Shown here: piece by piece, positions 25,751-39,976 of the stretch
Numbering within the stretch: position 1 is the stretch's first letter
Layout of the letters: the number at the start of each line of letters is the position of its first letter
Assembly: GCA_964016885.1 (NCBI GenBank)
Contig: OZ024755.1
Span: 36,828,001-36,892,000 of the forward strand
Reading direction: 5' to 3'
DNA from: Eledone cirrhosa
Lineage: Eukaryota
Length of the DNA: 64,000 bases
Made by a program: the position numbers and the translations under genes
Notes under the pieces: generated by a model
Databases searched by the model: none
The model's input: the letters and a program-made list of their open reading frames with translations, nothing else
Told to the model about the DNA's origin: nothing

Positions 25751-26046
25751 GGACAAAATGAAAACACACACACACATATATAAACAACTTACAATTGAAA
25801 ACACACACAAAATGAAAACACACACAAGACAAAATGAAAACACACACACACATAGAACAAACAACCAACCAACAATAAATAAATAAATAAACAAACAAAT
25901 ATAAATATAAAAATAGAAAAATGAACACAAACACACACAGACACCCGGATGTGGCGCATGCGCAAACTGAGCACGCAACCCACACACAAACAAAATGGCG
26001 TAGGATAGAAGAAAGGAAAGGCACAGAAACGAAGAAAGAAATCCCC

Positions 26047-26091
26047 AGTCACTGAAGAGGTCACAGAGTGTGTGACGAAAGAACTATGACT
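26047..26091 (+). ncRNA. Minimal type-I hammerhead ribozyme
   Basis: agtca-CTGAAGA-ggtcaca gagtg tgtgac-GAAA-GAAC-TA-tgact. Confidence 0.88.
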
Positions 26092-26381
26092 ATATATATA
26101 TAAACAACTATCTGGTTGTGGAACCAACCAACCAACCAGAAATTTATAAATTTGTAAATTTATAAATATATATTAAATTAAATTGAAGTGAAAGCAACTG
26201 GTGCGTGTGTTTCTTATTGGCAACATGACCCTCCCAAAGTATAACAATATATATATAAGATTATATTAATAAGAGAAATTCCAACTTTGTCTGATTTACT
26301 CGTTTTATTTACAATCCTTTAAAATATATAATGGTATTATAATGAAATAGTATGATAGAATATTAAATTCTAAGTGTTAAT

Positions 26382-26420
26382 TGAACAAGTACTTTCATGC
26401 TTTCGCAATCTTCAGGTTCA
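26382..26420 (-). ncRNA. Minimal type-I hammerhead ribozyme (mirror of 26491)
   Basis: Reverse complement of 26491-26529. Confidence 0.87.
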
Positions 26421-26490
26421 TAATATGTGGTGCAATTTTCAACTGTTTTCAACAGTTGTAAATTGCAAACTTGACTGTCACCACGTATTA

Positions 26491-26529
26491 TGAACCTGAA
26501 GATTGCGAAAGCATGAAAGTACTTGTTCA
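26491..26529 (+). ncRNA. Minimal type-I hammerhead ribozyme (39 nt)
   Basis: tgaac-CTGAAGA-ttgc gaaa gcat-GAAA-GTAC-TT-gttca; palindromic AGTACT stem III. Confidence 0.88.
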
Positions 26530-26685
26530 ATTAACACTTAGAATTTAATATTCTATCATACTATTTCATTATAATACCATTATATATTTTAAAGGATTGT
26601 AAATAAAACGAGTAAATCAGACAAAATTGGAATTCCTCTTATTAATATAATCTTCTATACACAATCATACACACCCGTGTATATT

Positions 26686-26778
<93 letters not shown>

Positions 26779-26781
<3 letters not shown>

Positions 26782-27050
26782 ACTAGATACCTAAAATCAG
26801 TGCGAGCGATAACTAAATTAAGTTATCGGGACAGAGGAAAACAAGAAAGGAAACAAACAACATGGTAGTAATGCAACGTTTCTTCTCGTCATTTGATTTG
26901 TCGGACTTCAGCCCACAAGATTCATTGACTTGTCTCTCTTTTCCTCTCTTTACGTTGCATTACTACCATGTTGTTTGTTTCCTTTCCTGTTTTCCTCTGT
27001 CCCGATAACTTAATTTAGTTATCGCTCGCACTGATTTTAGGTTTAGTCTT
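26779..27050. repeat. Inverted repeat, ~100-bp arms
   Basis: Arms 26779-26879 / 26952-27050. Confidence 0.9.
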
Positions 27051-27166
27051 TAATGCGAAGAAATAGCAATGATAAACAGCAGACTACTGATGATGGACAG
27101 TCCTGTTTCTCGGTCTATTTTTATTCATATGTTCATATTCGCAACAACGCAGCACGCCATTTTTCA

Positions 27167-27349
<183 letters not shown>

Positions 27350-27431
27350 GTAAAAGGTAAACAGAAATAACAACACAATCAGTATATGGAAGGAATATAT
27401 TAGGTTAACGCTTGAAATAGCAGGAAGAGGG

Positions 27432-27467
27432 TCTTAACGTTTCGGACGCTACTCCTTCATCAGAAGA
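27432..27467 (-). ncRNA. Minimal type-I hammerhead ribozyme
   Basis: tctt-CTGATGA-agga gtagcg tcc-GAAA-CG-TT-aaga; homologs at 44221 and (truncated) 60810. Confidence 0.78.
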
Positions 27468-27554
27468 AAGAATGAAAAATAAGATAGATTGAGGGGACGG
27501 GCGGCTTGGAATAGGAAAAAATGATGTCTTTAGATAAAAATAACAGGTGGGTTA

Positions 27555-28172
27555 TATCCATAGTAGTAGAGCACTCAGTCCATGGGAGGAGGTTGTTAGA
27601 AGTAGTTCGACAACAGTTAGTTCACCATACCGAGAACAATTGCTTCACCTCATGCGGATCATCAGCTCGGTTTAAATGAGGTTGTACGGAAAAGGAAAAA
27701 CAACTATACGATTACGCATGTGCAGAAGCAATCACTTCCCCAGGGGCAGGTAAGCTCACGATAGATCGATGTGAGGGAGATAACTGTGGATACTCGGAAT
27801 AAATTTTTCATGTTATTCAGAATATTATAGATTGTTGATGTTAGTCAATCTGGAGCTTTGTAATTATGTAATAGGTGTTTCCAGACGTGTGGACAACGTG
27901 AAAAGAGTTCATTCCTTGAATTTAGACAAGCGTTATTACGTAATCTTCTCAGGATATTGATTCTTCTTTCAATGCACAGTCCACAAGGGATAGGTAAGAC
28001 CGGTTTAAAGAACGCTTCCTGAATCATCCTGATCATCAGTCGACTTTCAGATACCCGGACAAACGATCGTCCGTCCACGAAGCCCGCGAGCCACGTATGG
28101 TCACTCGCGGACACAGGCGTAGATTACTCCATCCAATGGAAAGTTATTACTAAATCTAAGCCATACGCAAAT
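27555..28172 (-). mobile_element. Rearranged Penelope-like 3' fragment related to 16345-18627
   Basis: Minus part CGLCIERRINILRRLRNNACLNSRNELFSRCPHVWKHLLHNYKAPD; 28003-28172 is an inverted endonuclease piece. Confidence 0.85.
27630..27670 (-). ncRNA. Minimal type-I hammerhead ribozyme (18488 family)
   Basis: ccgag-CTGATGA-tcc gcatga ggt-GAAG-CAATTG-TT-ctcgg; A15.1G change. Confidence 0.7.
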
Positions 28173-28220
28173 GGGAAGACAGAATCAATATCCAATTCTC
28201 TAACTACTCAGCCATGCACC

Positions 28221-28265
<45 letters not shown>

Positions 28266-28269
<4 letters not shown>

Positions 28270-28455
28270 ATTGTTTCTATTTTAGGCACAAGGCCAGCAA
28301 TTACCCAGTGTATTACTGGTACTTTATTTTATCGACCCCGTAAGGATGAAAGGCAAAGTTAACCTCGGCGGGATTTGAACTCAGATCGTAAAGGGACGTA
28401 ACTATGCTGGAAAGCATAGCGTCCGACCCTCTACCGATACTGCCAATCCACCGCC
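28266..28455 (-). mobile_element. tRNA-derived SINE (main family), full length
   Basis: A-box-like tggcagtatcgg, B-box gagttcaaatccc, core gcctttcatccttacggggtcgataaaataaagtacc. Confidence 0.92.
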
Positions 28456-29164
28456 ATATATATAGAGATAAAATAATATGTGTAAGTCAATAAAATAATC
28501 CTGAGAAGATAACGTAATAGCGTTTGTCTAAATTCAAGGAATGAACTTTTTCCACGTTGTCCACACGTCTGGAAACACCTATTACATATTGACTTACACA
28601 TATTATTTTACATTACTCCGGAATAAACAAACCAGCCTGCGTACTTCGTCGAGTGCGCCAGCCTGCATATTTAGGTGTCCGTAAACAACCAACACATACT
28701 CAAAATTTATATATATATAATTATTCAATCATATAAAATCATCAGGAATTTCATTCGAAAGAAACTGTTCTAGTCCTATAGAGCTCATTTCTATGTAAAA
28801 TAAATGCGGTTCTACGTAATGCGTGCTTTACTAAACTGTATTGTTTTCAGATCCCTTTCGGATCCCTCAGTTTTTCATAATATAGTAACATATCATCTGT
28901 CCTGATCGGACAAGAAATATTTTGAAGGCATTAAATCGAAGAAGCCACATTACATCATTTTCTGTAAATTTCCCCACAGGTTATGTCAATCGTAGGAATA
29001 TGTCGTTTTCCCATGGTGGATACGATACTAATTGTTCGTGGATTAAATTACGTCTTTTGTTGATATATTTCTAGAGATAATGCCATTCACCAAGGAAAGA
29101 ATGAAGAATACCAACAAACAAATCATAAAAAATGAAACCATAACCAAAGAAATAAATGCAAACA

Positions 29165-29366
29165 GACACACACACATATATATATATATACATAAATATA
29201 TATATATATTGTATATATATATATATGTATACATATATGTATACATATATGTATACATATATGTATACATATATGTATGCATATATGTATACATATATTT
29301 ATGCATATATGTATACATATATGTATACAAATATATATACACACACATATATATATATACATCAAT

Positions 29367-29440
<74 letters not shown>

Positions 29441-29596
29441 ATTTATGTATATATATATGTGTGTGTATATATATTTGTATACATATATGTGTATGTGTAT
29501 ATATATATGTGTGTATGTGTGTATTTATGTATATATATATATGTATATATATATGTGTGTATATATATGTATGTGTGTGTGTATTTATGTATATAC

Positions 29597-29632
<36 letters not shown>

Positions 29633-29722
29633 GTATATACATAAATACACACACACATACATATATATACACACATATATATATACATATATATATACAT
29701 AAATACACACACACATACACAC

Positions 29723-29767
<45 letters not shown>

Positions 29768-29955
29768 CACACATATATATATATATACACATATATATAT
29801 ATACATAAATACACACACACATACATATATATACACAGACACATATATATATATATATATGTATACATATATATATATATATAAAATGATATATATATAT
29901 ATATATAAATATATATATCAAATGATATATATATATATAAATATATATATATATC
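29165..29955. repeat. Compound TA/CA/TG microsatellite
   Basis: Low-complexity dinucleotide mosaic. Confidence 0.95.
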
Positions 29956-30675
29956 ATTTGATATGGAGGCCGTCAGACGAGCTATTCAGTTCGGTGGCCG
30001 GCGTATGTATGTATGTGTATCATATGAGACCATTTGTCCAGCAGCCAGAATAATTTAGTGTCTGGGAGTTAGATCCAGAATCAGTATTTATTTAATATCA
30101 ATCAGTTATGTTCCTAGCATGCAAATAGAAATCAATCTATTCAACACGAAAGCAATTAGCTTTAACTTAATTCTGATATGTTCTTTGACCAATTTATAGC
30201 TAACATGGCAAAGTGAAATAGTTCCATATACGTTTGGCACGTCATGATGGAAATACTGTCCAATCTGCAAGATTAAACCTCTCCACTTAAATATTTAATT
30301 GAGTAAATCTTATTATGATTTGATAACTTTTAGTGACATATAAATGTTGAAATTACTCTCAAATACAAGAGAGTGCCAATCTTTGATTTGATAGAGTATT
30401 ATACAACTATCTCGGGGTTCAGTGTTTTCTATCCTGTGAGGATACTATAAATTTATACGCGTGATCAAAGATTTTGTCTTTCAGTTACTAAGTATAAGGA
30501 AGACTTTTAAATCGTTATTGAAAGCAAAATAGAAAAATGGAACTCACGAAGGTTTCACTTCTTACTCAGTTTCTTCACTTGTATCCTCAAAAGAATGTTG
30601 TCTAATTAAGTGTAATAGTGTGACTAACTTTCTTTTCATCTATCTATCTCTCGCTCACTCTCTATGTGTGTGTGC

Positions 30676-30732
<57 letters not shown>

Positions 30733-30736
<4 letters not shown>

Positions 30737-31410
30737 TATAAAGCTGACGGCCGTATGTAATTAACAAACTTTCCGCCAAACGGCGGGACCAAACAGCACC
30801 AAATTTGCACCATAGATGTAACCTTTTCCAAGTAAAAAAGCGAGGGTATTTTCGTCTACTGAATTTTGTTAAAAGATTAAAGACATTATTTAAATATTCA
30901 CTTCTTTAAAATTTTCAAATGTCAATACTTCCGGTTATACGACATTCCTAACGTCTTCACGAACCAAAGTATCATCTTCCTGTTTTCTTTCGGTTGCAAC
31001 GTTTTTCGAAATATTTACTTCTGCGTTTTTTTAGAAGATTCCGTTAAGGGTGAAAGCAGCGATTCTTTGATTAAACTTTAATCTGCATCCACAAAAACAA
31101 AATATAAACAAATGTATTTATTTCACGAAACCACAGACGTAATTGTTACTGCCGATATGCCACCCAAAAAGTCCTAGCCTGGCCGCAAGATCAGATTTTC
31201 CAGAAGAAAAAATATTACTAGAGCAACAGAGAGACTAAGCTTCGCGATTACCATCAACAAAGCTCAGGGTCAAACCCTAAAAGTGGCTGGCCTTCATCTG
31301 GGAAAACCATGGTCAATTGTATGTAAGATGCTTTAAGGGTGCGCTCCCGAGGGCCGAACAAAAAATATTGTATACGCTGAGGCTCTAACAATGTAATTTA
31401 TGTATTTTCT
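30733..31410 (+). mobile_element. Non-autonomous Helitron with PIF1-like helicase C-terminal remnant
   Basis: 31232-31396 reads RLSFAITINKAQGQTLKVAGLHLGKP..HGQLYV..TKNIVYAEAL; 5' end matches 34780-34999 (-). Confidence 0.85.
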
Positions 31411-31418
31411 GTTACTTG

Positions 31419-31460
<42 letters not shown>

Positions 31461-31464
<4 letters not shown>

Positions 31465-31870
31465 TGGCTGCCAACTCGTTTTCGAGTACGACCACTACTT
31501 TATATCCATGTAGAAGAACTCCTACCGATGCGCTGAGCGAGTGTGACTTTTTAGTCCAGCCAGCGACTTGAAAACTCTGGTACAAACTCTGGTACACTTG
31601 TGACAATTATTGACACATAGTGCTGGGCCCATGGTACCATGTGATGACAAGTGCAGAGAGATCTCCAGATATAAAGCAATGCCTGTGCCGTGAAGCTTTT
31701 ATAGTGAGCAAAGGCACTGCACAAAGCCAGTCCCACTCTCTTAACCAAGATGATATTTACCAAAAAGAAGAACAAGTCAACATCATTGGATACCATCAGG
31801 GTTGCAGGTGTTATATCAGAGTTTTCCTTCTCCTAGAATTCTGCCTTGACAAAGGCTAAGGGGTCATCTC
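31461..31870 (-). mobile_element. Partial copy of the 12411-13018 element
   Basis: Identical 79-aa spurious ORF in the track; flanked by (TA)n and (TG)n. Confidence 0.9.
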
Positions 31871-31900
31871 ATATGTGTGTGTGTGTCTGTGTGTGTGTAA

Positions 31901-31932
<32 letters not shown>

Positions 31933-32599
31933 TAATAAAATGTTATAGTTTGCTTGAAACATTGTATATAATATATAATGTGGAAAGAGATAGAAGGCTA
32001 AACAATGCAAAATGGACTGTAAGATGAGGTAACGAACAGTAAAAGTAACCTGGTAATCTTTGTTGTTGCTGTTGTTGTTGTTGTTCTTTTATCTGTCCAA
32101 TATTTAGGGAACTAAAAGTCCCTTCGTCAGGGTTTAAGGAACTTTCAGTGGATAATGTTCCAATTTCCTCTCTTTGGGATAACATTTTGATTTTGATTTA
32201 AGAAAAGTTTCAGGACCCCATCGAAGCAATTGTAAACCAATAGTACCAAGTATCGAGTATCTGGTATTATTTTACCACACCCTATCTGATATATATATAT
32301 ATCAATCAAGAAAATGAGGTTTTTTAAAATGAAAAAAAAAAAAAACGAGATGTCCTACACGAGTGAAAGTGTAAGGAAAAGAAATCGAAAATGCAACTGG
32401 AGTCTTTTTAAGAATATTTATTTGTTTCCTTTACCGGTTTCACAGTTCTTAAGCTTTCCAAAAGTAGAATTGGGATGAAGGGTTTGTGGTTTCTCTCGCA
32501 TCTGGCTGGTGTTTGAAAGTTATTTCTGTTTTATGTGGAAAGAATGACTCTAATTGCTTGGTTTAAAAAAACAACTTTATAGACATACTACTAAAAACA

Positions 32600-33480
32600 A
32601 TTCTCAAACACATACCAAGCCTTGTAAGAGACGACCTAGATCTCTTAATCCACCTCCCCTAACATGTCAACAACGACACTGTTATTGTGTCTTTCGATGT
32701 AGTGAATCTCTACAAGACGATCCCACACTAATGCGGACTAGAAGCAATAGGATTCTGCCTAGAGAAATATCCCAATGAGATACCTGAGAGAATAGAAAAA
32801 AGCTTAACCACCGAGGGATTAAAATTTATTTTACAGAACGACTTTTTTTTATTTCGATAGCAACACTTTCAAACAAATATCGGGGACTGCGATGGGGTCA
32901 AAAATCGCACCAACTTACGCTAACTTAGTCATGGTATACTTGGAAGTCCAGATATATGAACACTCCAAATCAAAATACGGCTGGAACTTCCATAAATATT
33001 TCTTAGAGAATTGGAAACGCTACTTATTCTATGGTCTCACACACTCGACTAACTAAATGAATTCAAAAATTTAATTAACAGCATCAGTAACCATATTCAA
33101 TTCACAATGGAATACAGCCAAGATCAACTCCTATTTCTGGACATCATAATCATAAAAAAAGACACAAATATTGAAAGTGACATCCACTACAAACCAACAG
33201 ATACCAAACAATACCTGTTATTCCCCTTCAGCCGTCCAAATCACACGAAGACGAATATCACTTTTAATCTAGCAAGAAGAATTTGCACAATTGACATCAT
33301 TTATGAAACGTGAAATAAAAAAACTTCAAGAATTAAAGGAAATTTTTGCTCGAAAGACAGTGCCCACCGTTAACAATAGATAATGGAATAGGAAGGGCTA
33401 AAGTAATAGGCATTGATGAATTACGAAAACCGAAACAAATTCAAGGTACGTTCAATATTCTATCATATATCTCAACACAC
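32600..33480 (+). pseudogene. Second Penelope-like reverse transcriptase fragment (different subfamily)
   Basis: SFDVVNLYKTIPH, GTAMGSKIAPTYANLVMVYLE, FTMEYSQDQLLFLDI, HYKPTDTKQYL, FNLARRICTI; frameshifted. Confidence 0.9.
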
Positions 33481-33644
33481 AGCCCAATCTGTCTAGTAGC
33501 GATTACACAATAAGCACGATTATTTCTTTATATTTTCAGGATGGATGTTAAGAATTACTTATTTAACATTTATTTTACCGAAACCCGTAAACATATATAT
33601 TAAAGTAAAGCCCAGCGGCAATTTTAATCGACGGATTTATGTAT

Positions 33645-34135
33645 TACTATCTGGCCCGTCCGGCTGGCGCCCAGCTAGGTATAACGGCATTTTATCTTTT
33701 CAGGATCCCCCTCCACTCCAGTGCAAAGATACCGCACGCCCTCTCAAGTCAGCGAAGGCGGGGAGGGGGGGGGGGTTAAACTGCTCTGATGTTGGGTTTG
33801 AATAGTTTTTAGGATTCCCCAGTTCAGCAGCCAGTACGTTAAAGAAAATTGATAGTTACAACAATAAAGGGCGAACAGAGAACAAATCTTTTAACAAACT
33901 AATTTGTACAACCATAATGGAAATTCCAAGTAACAGAAAATACATAAATTACATTGTTAGAGCCTCAGAGTATAGGAGATTTTTTGTTCGGCCCTCGGGA
34001 GCAAAGATGAAGAGATTGTTTGGCGAGCTCACCCTAGAGCATCCTACATACAATTGACCATGGTTTTCCCAGCTGAAGGCCAGCCACTTTTAGGGTTTGA
34101 CCCTGAGCTTTGTTGAGGTTTGACCCTGAGCTTTA
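33645..34135 (-). mobile_element. Helitron 3' fragment with helicase remnant
   Basis: 33950-34115 is the reverse complement homolog of 31252-31396. Confidence 0.8.
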
Positions 34136-34456
34136 TATATATATCCAAAATTAAGTTAAATTAAGGGTGTCATGTCAGATCGACATGCGCCATATTACCC
34201 GTAAAATATGCTCCAAGATTCCAATGAATAGATCCGAGCATTTTATATCAACTAGAAATTGATTGAAATTTCTTTCTTTAATGGAATATATACAAGGAAG
34301 ATTAATCAATTTATAAGGTATCTATTTTGAAGTTCTAGTTAAACTTTATTTAGTTACCCACATAGCTATGTGTGCTTACACACTTTTACAAATTATCCCC
34401 TGTGATTGTTTCATATGTTTATTTTAGATATATTTATATGTCAATCAATTTCTAGT

Positions 34457-34561
<105 letters not shown>

Positions 34562-34562
34562 T

Positions 34563-34999
34563 TGAGAGAGCGTGCGGTATCTTTGCACTGAATTAATTAA
34601 AAGTTGATTAGAAGCGAAGTCAATGCAGACAGGCAGCCAAACAGACAGATATTATAAGCGTGCGACGTTATAGCTATGTATCTAATGCAGACAGTAGACA
34701 TACAGAGACATATTATAAGGGCGCGACGTTATAGTTGTGTCTATCTAAAAAGACAGACTAAGAAAGAGAGAGGAATGTCGTATAACCGGAAGTGTTGACA
34801 TTTGATAATTTTAAAGAAGTGAATATTTAAATAAATGATAAAATATCTTTAATCTTTTAACGAAATTTAGAAGACAAAATTAGCCTCACTTTCTTACTTG
34901 GAAAAAGTTACATCTATGGTGCAAATTTGGTGCTTTTTGGTCCAGCCGTTTGGCGAAAAGTTTGTTACATACATATGGCCGTCAGCTTTATAATATAGA
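34563..34999 (-). mobile_element. Helitron 5' fragment
   Basis: Begins A/TCtatattataaagctgacggcc on minus; homologous to 30733-30950. Confidence 0.75.
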
Positions 35000-35365
35000 T
35001 AGCGACATCAATTCTTTTAGCGATATGTAAGTTTCCAACAAATTAAAAGCTTGCTAACTTCACACACACAAAAACGTATTGACAATTGTTCTCCCTTTTT
35101 GAATAAACAGATATCAATGAAATATAGTATTGTCGGAAAACAATTAGAATAACATTCGAGACTTCTGGAAACAGAATAAGTTCGTTAAGGAAAACTGACA
35201 GAAATAAAGATAAAAAGAACAATAAAACATGAAGTTGAAAATGGAAAATATCAAATTTTATTTCATTCAAAAGATTGAATATAGCTAGGGGGTTATTATT
35301 AGTCGCTAATGTTAATATGAACGGATATTTAATTAAATATAATAGAGATCATCACGATATCAAAC

Positions 35366-35426
<61 letters not shown>

Positions 35427-35427
<1 letters not shown>

Positions 35428-35945
35428 GAGACATGAGGTGATAGGCAGGGTGATTCACTGGCATTTATGCAAACTAAACAATTTACCACATTCTGAGAAG
35501 TGGTATGAGCATAAGCCAGAGTCGGTGATAGAAAACGATCAAGTGAAGGTGTTATGGGTTTGAGGATACAGACGGAAAAGAAATTAAACACAATAGGCCT
35601 GACCTGGTGGTTTTTGACAAGGAAAAAATATTGTGCCTCATTTGACACAAGAGTGCAAGAAAAGGAGAGGGAGAAAATTAACCGATACCAGGATTTAAAG
35701 TGGGATTTAAAAAAGGATTTGGGACAGTCATGAGATCAAGGTCTTCCCGATTGTCATAGGAACACTAGGTACTATCTCAAAGAGTTTTCAAGGATGGTTA
35801 AAGAACATTAGTCCAGCCACGCTTTTTGGAACACTTCAAAGGCATGCTTGCTGGGAACAGCAAGAACCCTCCGATACATCCTGAATATCTGAGGCTGCAA
35901 GTAGCGGCTTGATGTTCATTTGAACAAACTTTCCAGTTAAATAAC
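35427..35945 (+). mobile_element. R4/Dong-clade LINE 3' fragment (restriction-like endonuclease) next to (TAA)n
   Basis: RH..IGRVIHWHLCK, KWYEHKPESVIEND, HNRPDLVVFDK, EKINRYQDLK, PIVIGTLG, ACLLGTARTLR; (TAA)n at 35366-35426. Confidence 0.9.
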
Positions 35946-36070
35946 ATCAACGACTGATTTTTGATACATTCATTTAGGCTGAGATCGAATACAAAATCAT
36001 TGTTATATAATTATATTGTATATCTTGCATGTATGGATACACTGATTGATCTGGTGGACATATATTATCT

Positions 36071-36261
36071 GGTGGATTGGCAGTATCGGTAGAGCGTCAG
36101 ACACCATGCTCTTCAGCATAGAGTTATGACTCTTTGCGTTCTGATTTCAAATCCCGCCGAGGTTAACTTTGCCTTTCATCCTTACGGGGTCGATAAAATA
36201 AAGTACCAGTAATGCACTGGGGAAAATTGTTGATCTTGTGCCAAAAGTAAAAAACAATTAT
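36071..36261 (+). mobile_element. tRNA-derived SINE (main family)
   Basis: Family homology. Confidence 0.9.
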
Positions 36262-36518
36262 CTACAAGACAATTTTCAAATAATCCAGTCTATAGAATAT
36301 ATATATTTAAATGTATGTTCTCCACTCTGTCCGCCGGAGCTGTGGGGCGGCAAGGACGTGGGGGCCCCATTTGCTCACAATACAGAGAGATGGAGAGGGC
36401 GTGAGAGATGGAGGCGATGACAATGGGAGTTCGGCCCTTCCGTGTTCGGACACATTGCACCTGTTATGTGAGCCCTGTGTGGCTAATATGGATGGAATTG
36501 TATTATTACATACAGTGA

Positions 36519-36712
36519 GGGGCGGTGGATTGGCAGTATCGGTAGAGGGTCGGACACCATGCTTTGACGCATAGAGTTACGGCCCTTGCCATTCTGAGTT
36601 CAAATCCCGCCGAGGTTAACTTTGCCTTTCATCCTTACGGGATCAATAAAATAAAGTAGCAGTAATACACTGGGTAATTGCTGGCCTTGTGCCAAAAGTA
36701 GAAACAATTATT
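36519..36712 (+). mobile_element. tRNA-derived SINE (main family), full length
   Basis: ggcggtggattggcagtatcggtagagggtcggac...gagttcaaatcccgccgagg...agtagaaacaattatta; flanking acatacagtg duplicated. Confidence 0.93.
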
Positions 36713-37001
36713 ACACATACAGTGGATTGGCAGTATCGGTAGAGCGTCATATAACAAAGATTGATAAAGCTAATGTTTATCTTTGATATCCATAACATTA
36801 AGCAGATGAAAGATAAAACACCCCTTGGATAGGCCGCTAATGTACTGTAGGAATTAAGCCTGGTACTTCAAGCTAATGTATCCACTTCATGTATAGAACA
36901 GTGTTTGATGGAATCAGCTTACTTTAAGACTTAAGCTGTTTCAAACGCAGGTCTTTTGAGCATGAAAATAATCGAACAATTTGTGTATATATGAGCACTT
37001 A

Positions 37002-37078
<77 letters not shown>

Positions 37079-37111
37079 GTCTGTCTGGATGTCTGGATGT
37101 CTGTTTGTCTA

Positions 37112-37176
<65 letters not shown>

Positions 37177-37357
37177 ATGTGTGTGTGTATGTGTGTGTGT
37201 ATGTGTGTGTGTATGTGTGTGTGTGTGTGTGGTACGCATTATCACGATAACATCAATCACACACACACACAGTGACATACATACGTACGCACGCACACAT
37301 ATAGACACAAACACTTACAGACACATTCTCTTGTACACACACACACACAGGCATAGA

Positions 37358-37400
<43 letters not shown>

Positions 37401-37479
37401 GTAAACGTTTTTAACCGCAGCTGGGAGACATGTATGTAAGTAAGCACATTTTTGAACATCTATTCATATATATATGTAA

Positions 37480-37511
<32 letters not shown>

Positions 37512-37756
37512 TTATATATATTATTCAAAATGTTAATAAATGAAAAATATTCTCATAATCAAAAGGTACAATGGTGTTTAAGTACGTTTTCATCAGATAA
37601 AATATATAAGATTTGATATGTGACATACCGCTACGGTTTTGATTATTCAATTCTAGTATTGCATCTAATCTATTGTAAAATTGTATTCGTTAATTAATCT
37701 TTAGTTATATATATACATATATATATATTATTATCATTATTATTATATATTATAAT

Positions 37757-37949
37757 TAATTGTTTCTATTTTAGGCACAAGGCCAGCAATTAACCAGTGC
37801 ATTACTGGTACTTTATTTTATCGACTCCGTAAGGATGACAGGCAAAGTTAACCTCGGCGGGATTTGAACTCAGAATGGCAAGGGCCGTAACTCCATGCGT
37901 CAAAAGCATGGCGTCCGACCCTCTACCGATACTGCCAATCCACCGCCCT
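37757..37949 (-). mobile_element. tRNA-derived SINE (main family)
   Basis: Family homology. Confidence 0.92.
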
Positions 37950-38867
37950 AAAATAAAACCGCATTAAAACAAAAAAATAATGAAAGGAAAAACAATGTGA
38001 CAAGGGTGACAAGACTTTCGGACCACGCTGTACATTCAAAATTTATGAACAGCTAACCTCGAATTTCAAACTTTGATGTAATTTTCAAAAGAAACATTCC
38101 ACATCTTTTACAAACCACGAAAAAATACGAAACGAAACACTTTAAATATCCATCAGAGTTCAGCGGCTTAGTACACGGATTAATATATAATTAAATTAAA
38201 TACCAACATAATCACTAAATTTATGCGAATTGGTAAATTCAGTTGTATAGATCCACCATATCTGATGGCTAAATGAAGCTCTTGTTAGATTTTTATATTG
38301 GCATTTTATTTTTCCTTGATAATTTATAAATTTTGATATGAATATTTCATGACAAATTATATTAAGTATTTATATTTTTCTTTCGATATTTCAAAGAGCC
38401 GTATCTCATCTTTTGTTCTGTTTAGTATATATGAACAGATTTCTCTTCTCCTTCCAAAACTGTTCCAAAGCATATATAGACCATTCTCATGTAAATCATG
38501 CTTGTTATTCATGTATATGCGTCTATTATCAATTGCGTAGAAAAGTTTTTTTTCTAGGAAGTACACCTCAGCACACACACACACACGCACACACATGTAC
38601 ACACACATATACATATATATATATGTATTGGGTCGTCAAGGGTGAAATTTGTAGAAATTAGTAGAAAAAAAAACAAATTCTACTAGTTTCATACTTCATG
38701 GCCCCATATGTATGTTGACACACTCGAAGACAAACACTTGTTTGTCTATGTAAGTATTCATATTTTCATATTAAATCTAAGACAATGCTTTTATGAATAT
38801 ATATTTCTAGATACTTATACATGTTTATGCCGGGTTATATATACATGTATGCCCTATATTTACATGT

Positions 38868-39700
<833 letters not shown>

Positions 39701-39892
39701 ACACACTCTCACGTATGTTTATATATGTATATGACTTAAACTAAATACTGTAATAGCATAATTTATTCAAGTAATCCACACGAAGTTAAGTTGTTTCAGT
39801 AACGTTTAGGAGAGTTTTAGTTCAAGAATATTTCTTATTCTTCATTACGATGCTTGCTCAAATTTGCTTACTCTCTCTTTCTTCGTCTCTCT

Positions 39893-39976
<84 letters not shown>

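Larger units (their letters stand above)
24608..26250 (+). mobile_element. 5'-truncated Penelope-like element with 661-bp inverted pseudo-LTR duplication
   Basis: Arms 24608-25268 / 25590-26250 are mirror images (identical ORFs on both strands in the track); spacer encodes GIY-YIG. Confidence 0.95.
26257..26654. repeat. Inverted repeat, 176-bp arms, carrying two opposed hammerheads
   Basis: Arms 26257-26432 / 26479-26654, few mismatches. Confidence 0.92.

Noticed and set aside
28850-28979. Exon-like segment between a good acceptor and a donor
   Set aside because: Stops in all three plus frames
32097-32133. Hammerhead on minus strand (CTGACGA-agggac..gttcc)
   Set aside because: GAAA replaced by TAAA; relic only
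36519-36615. tRNA gene
   Set aside because: A/B boxes belong to the SINE head; no complete cloverleaf
37559-37603. Hammerhead on minus strand of the 15411/51194 type
   Set aside because: Second half of the core missing
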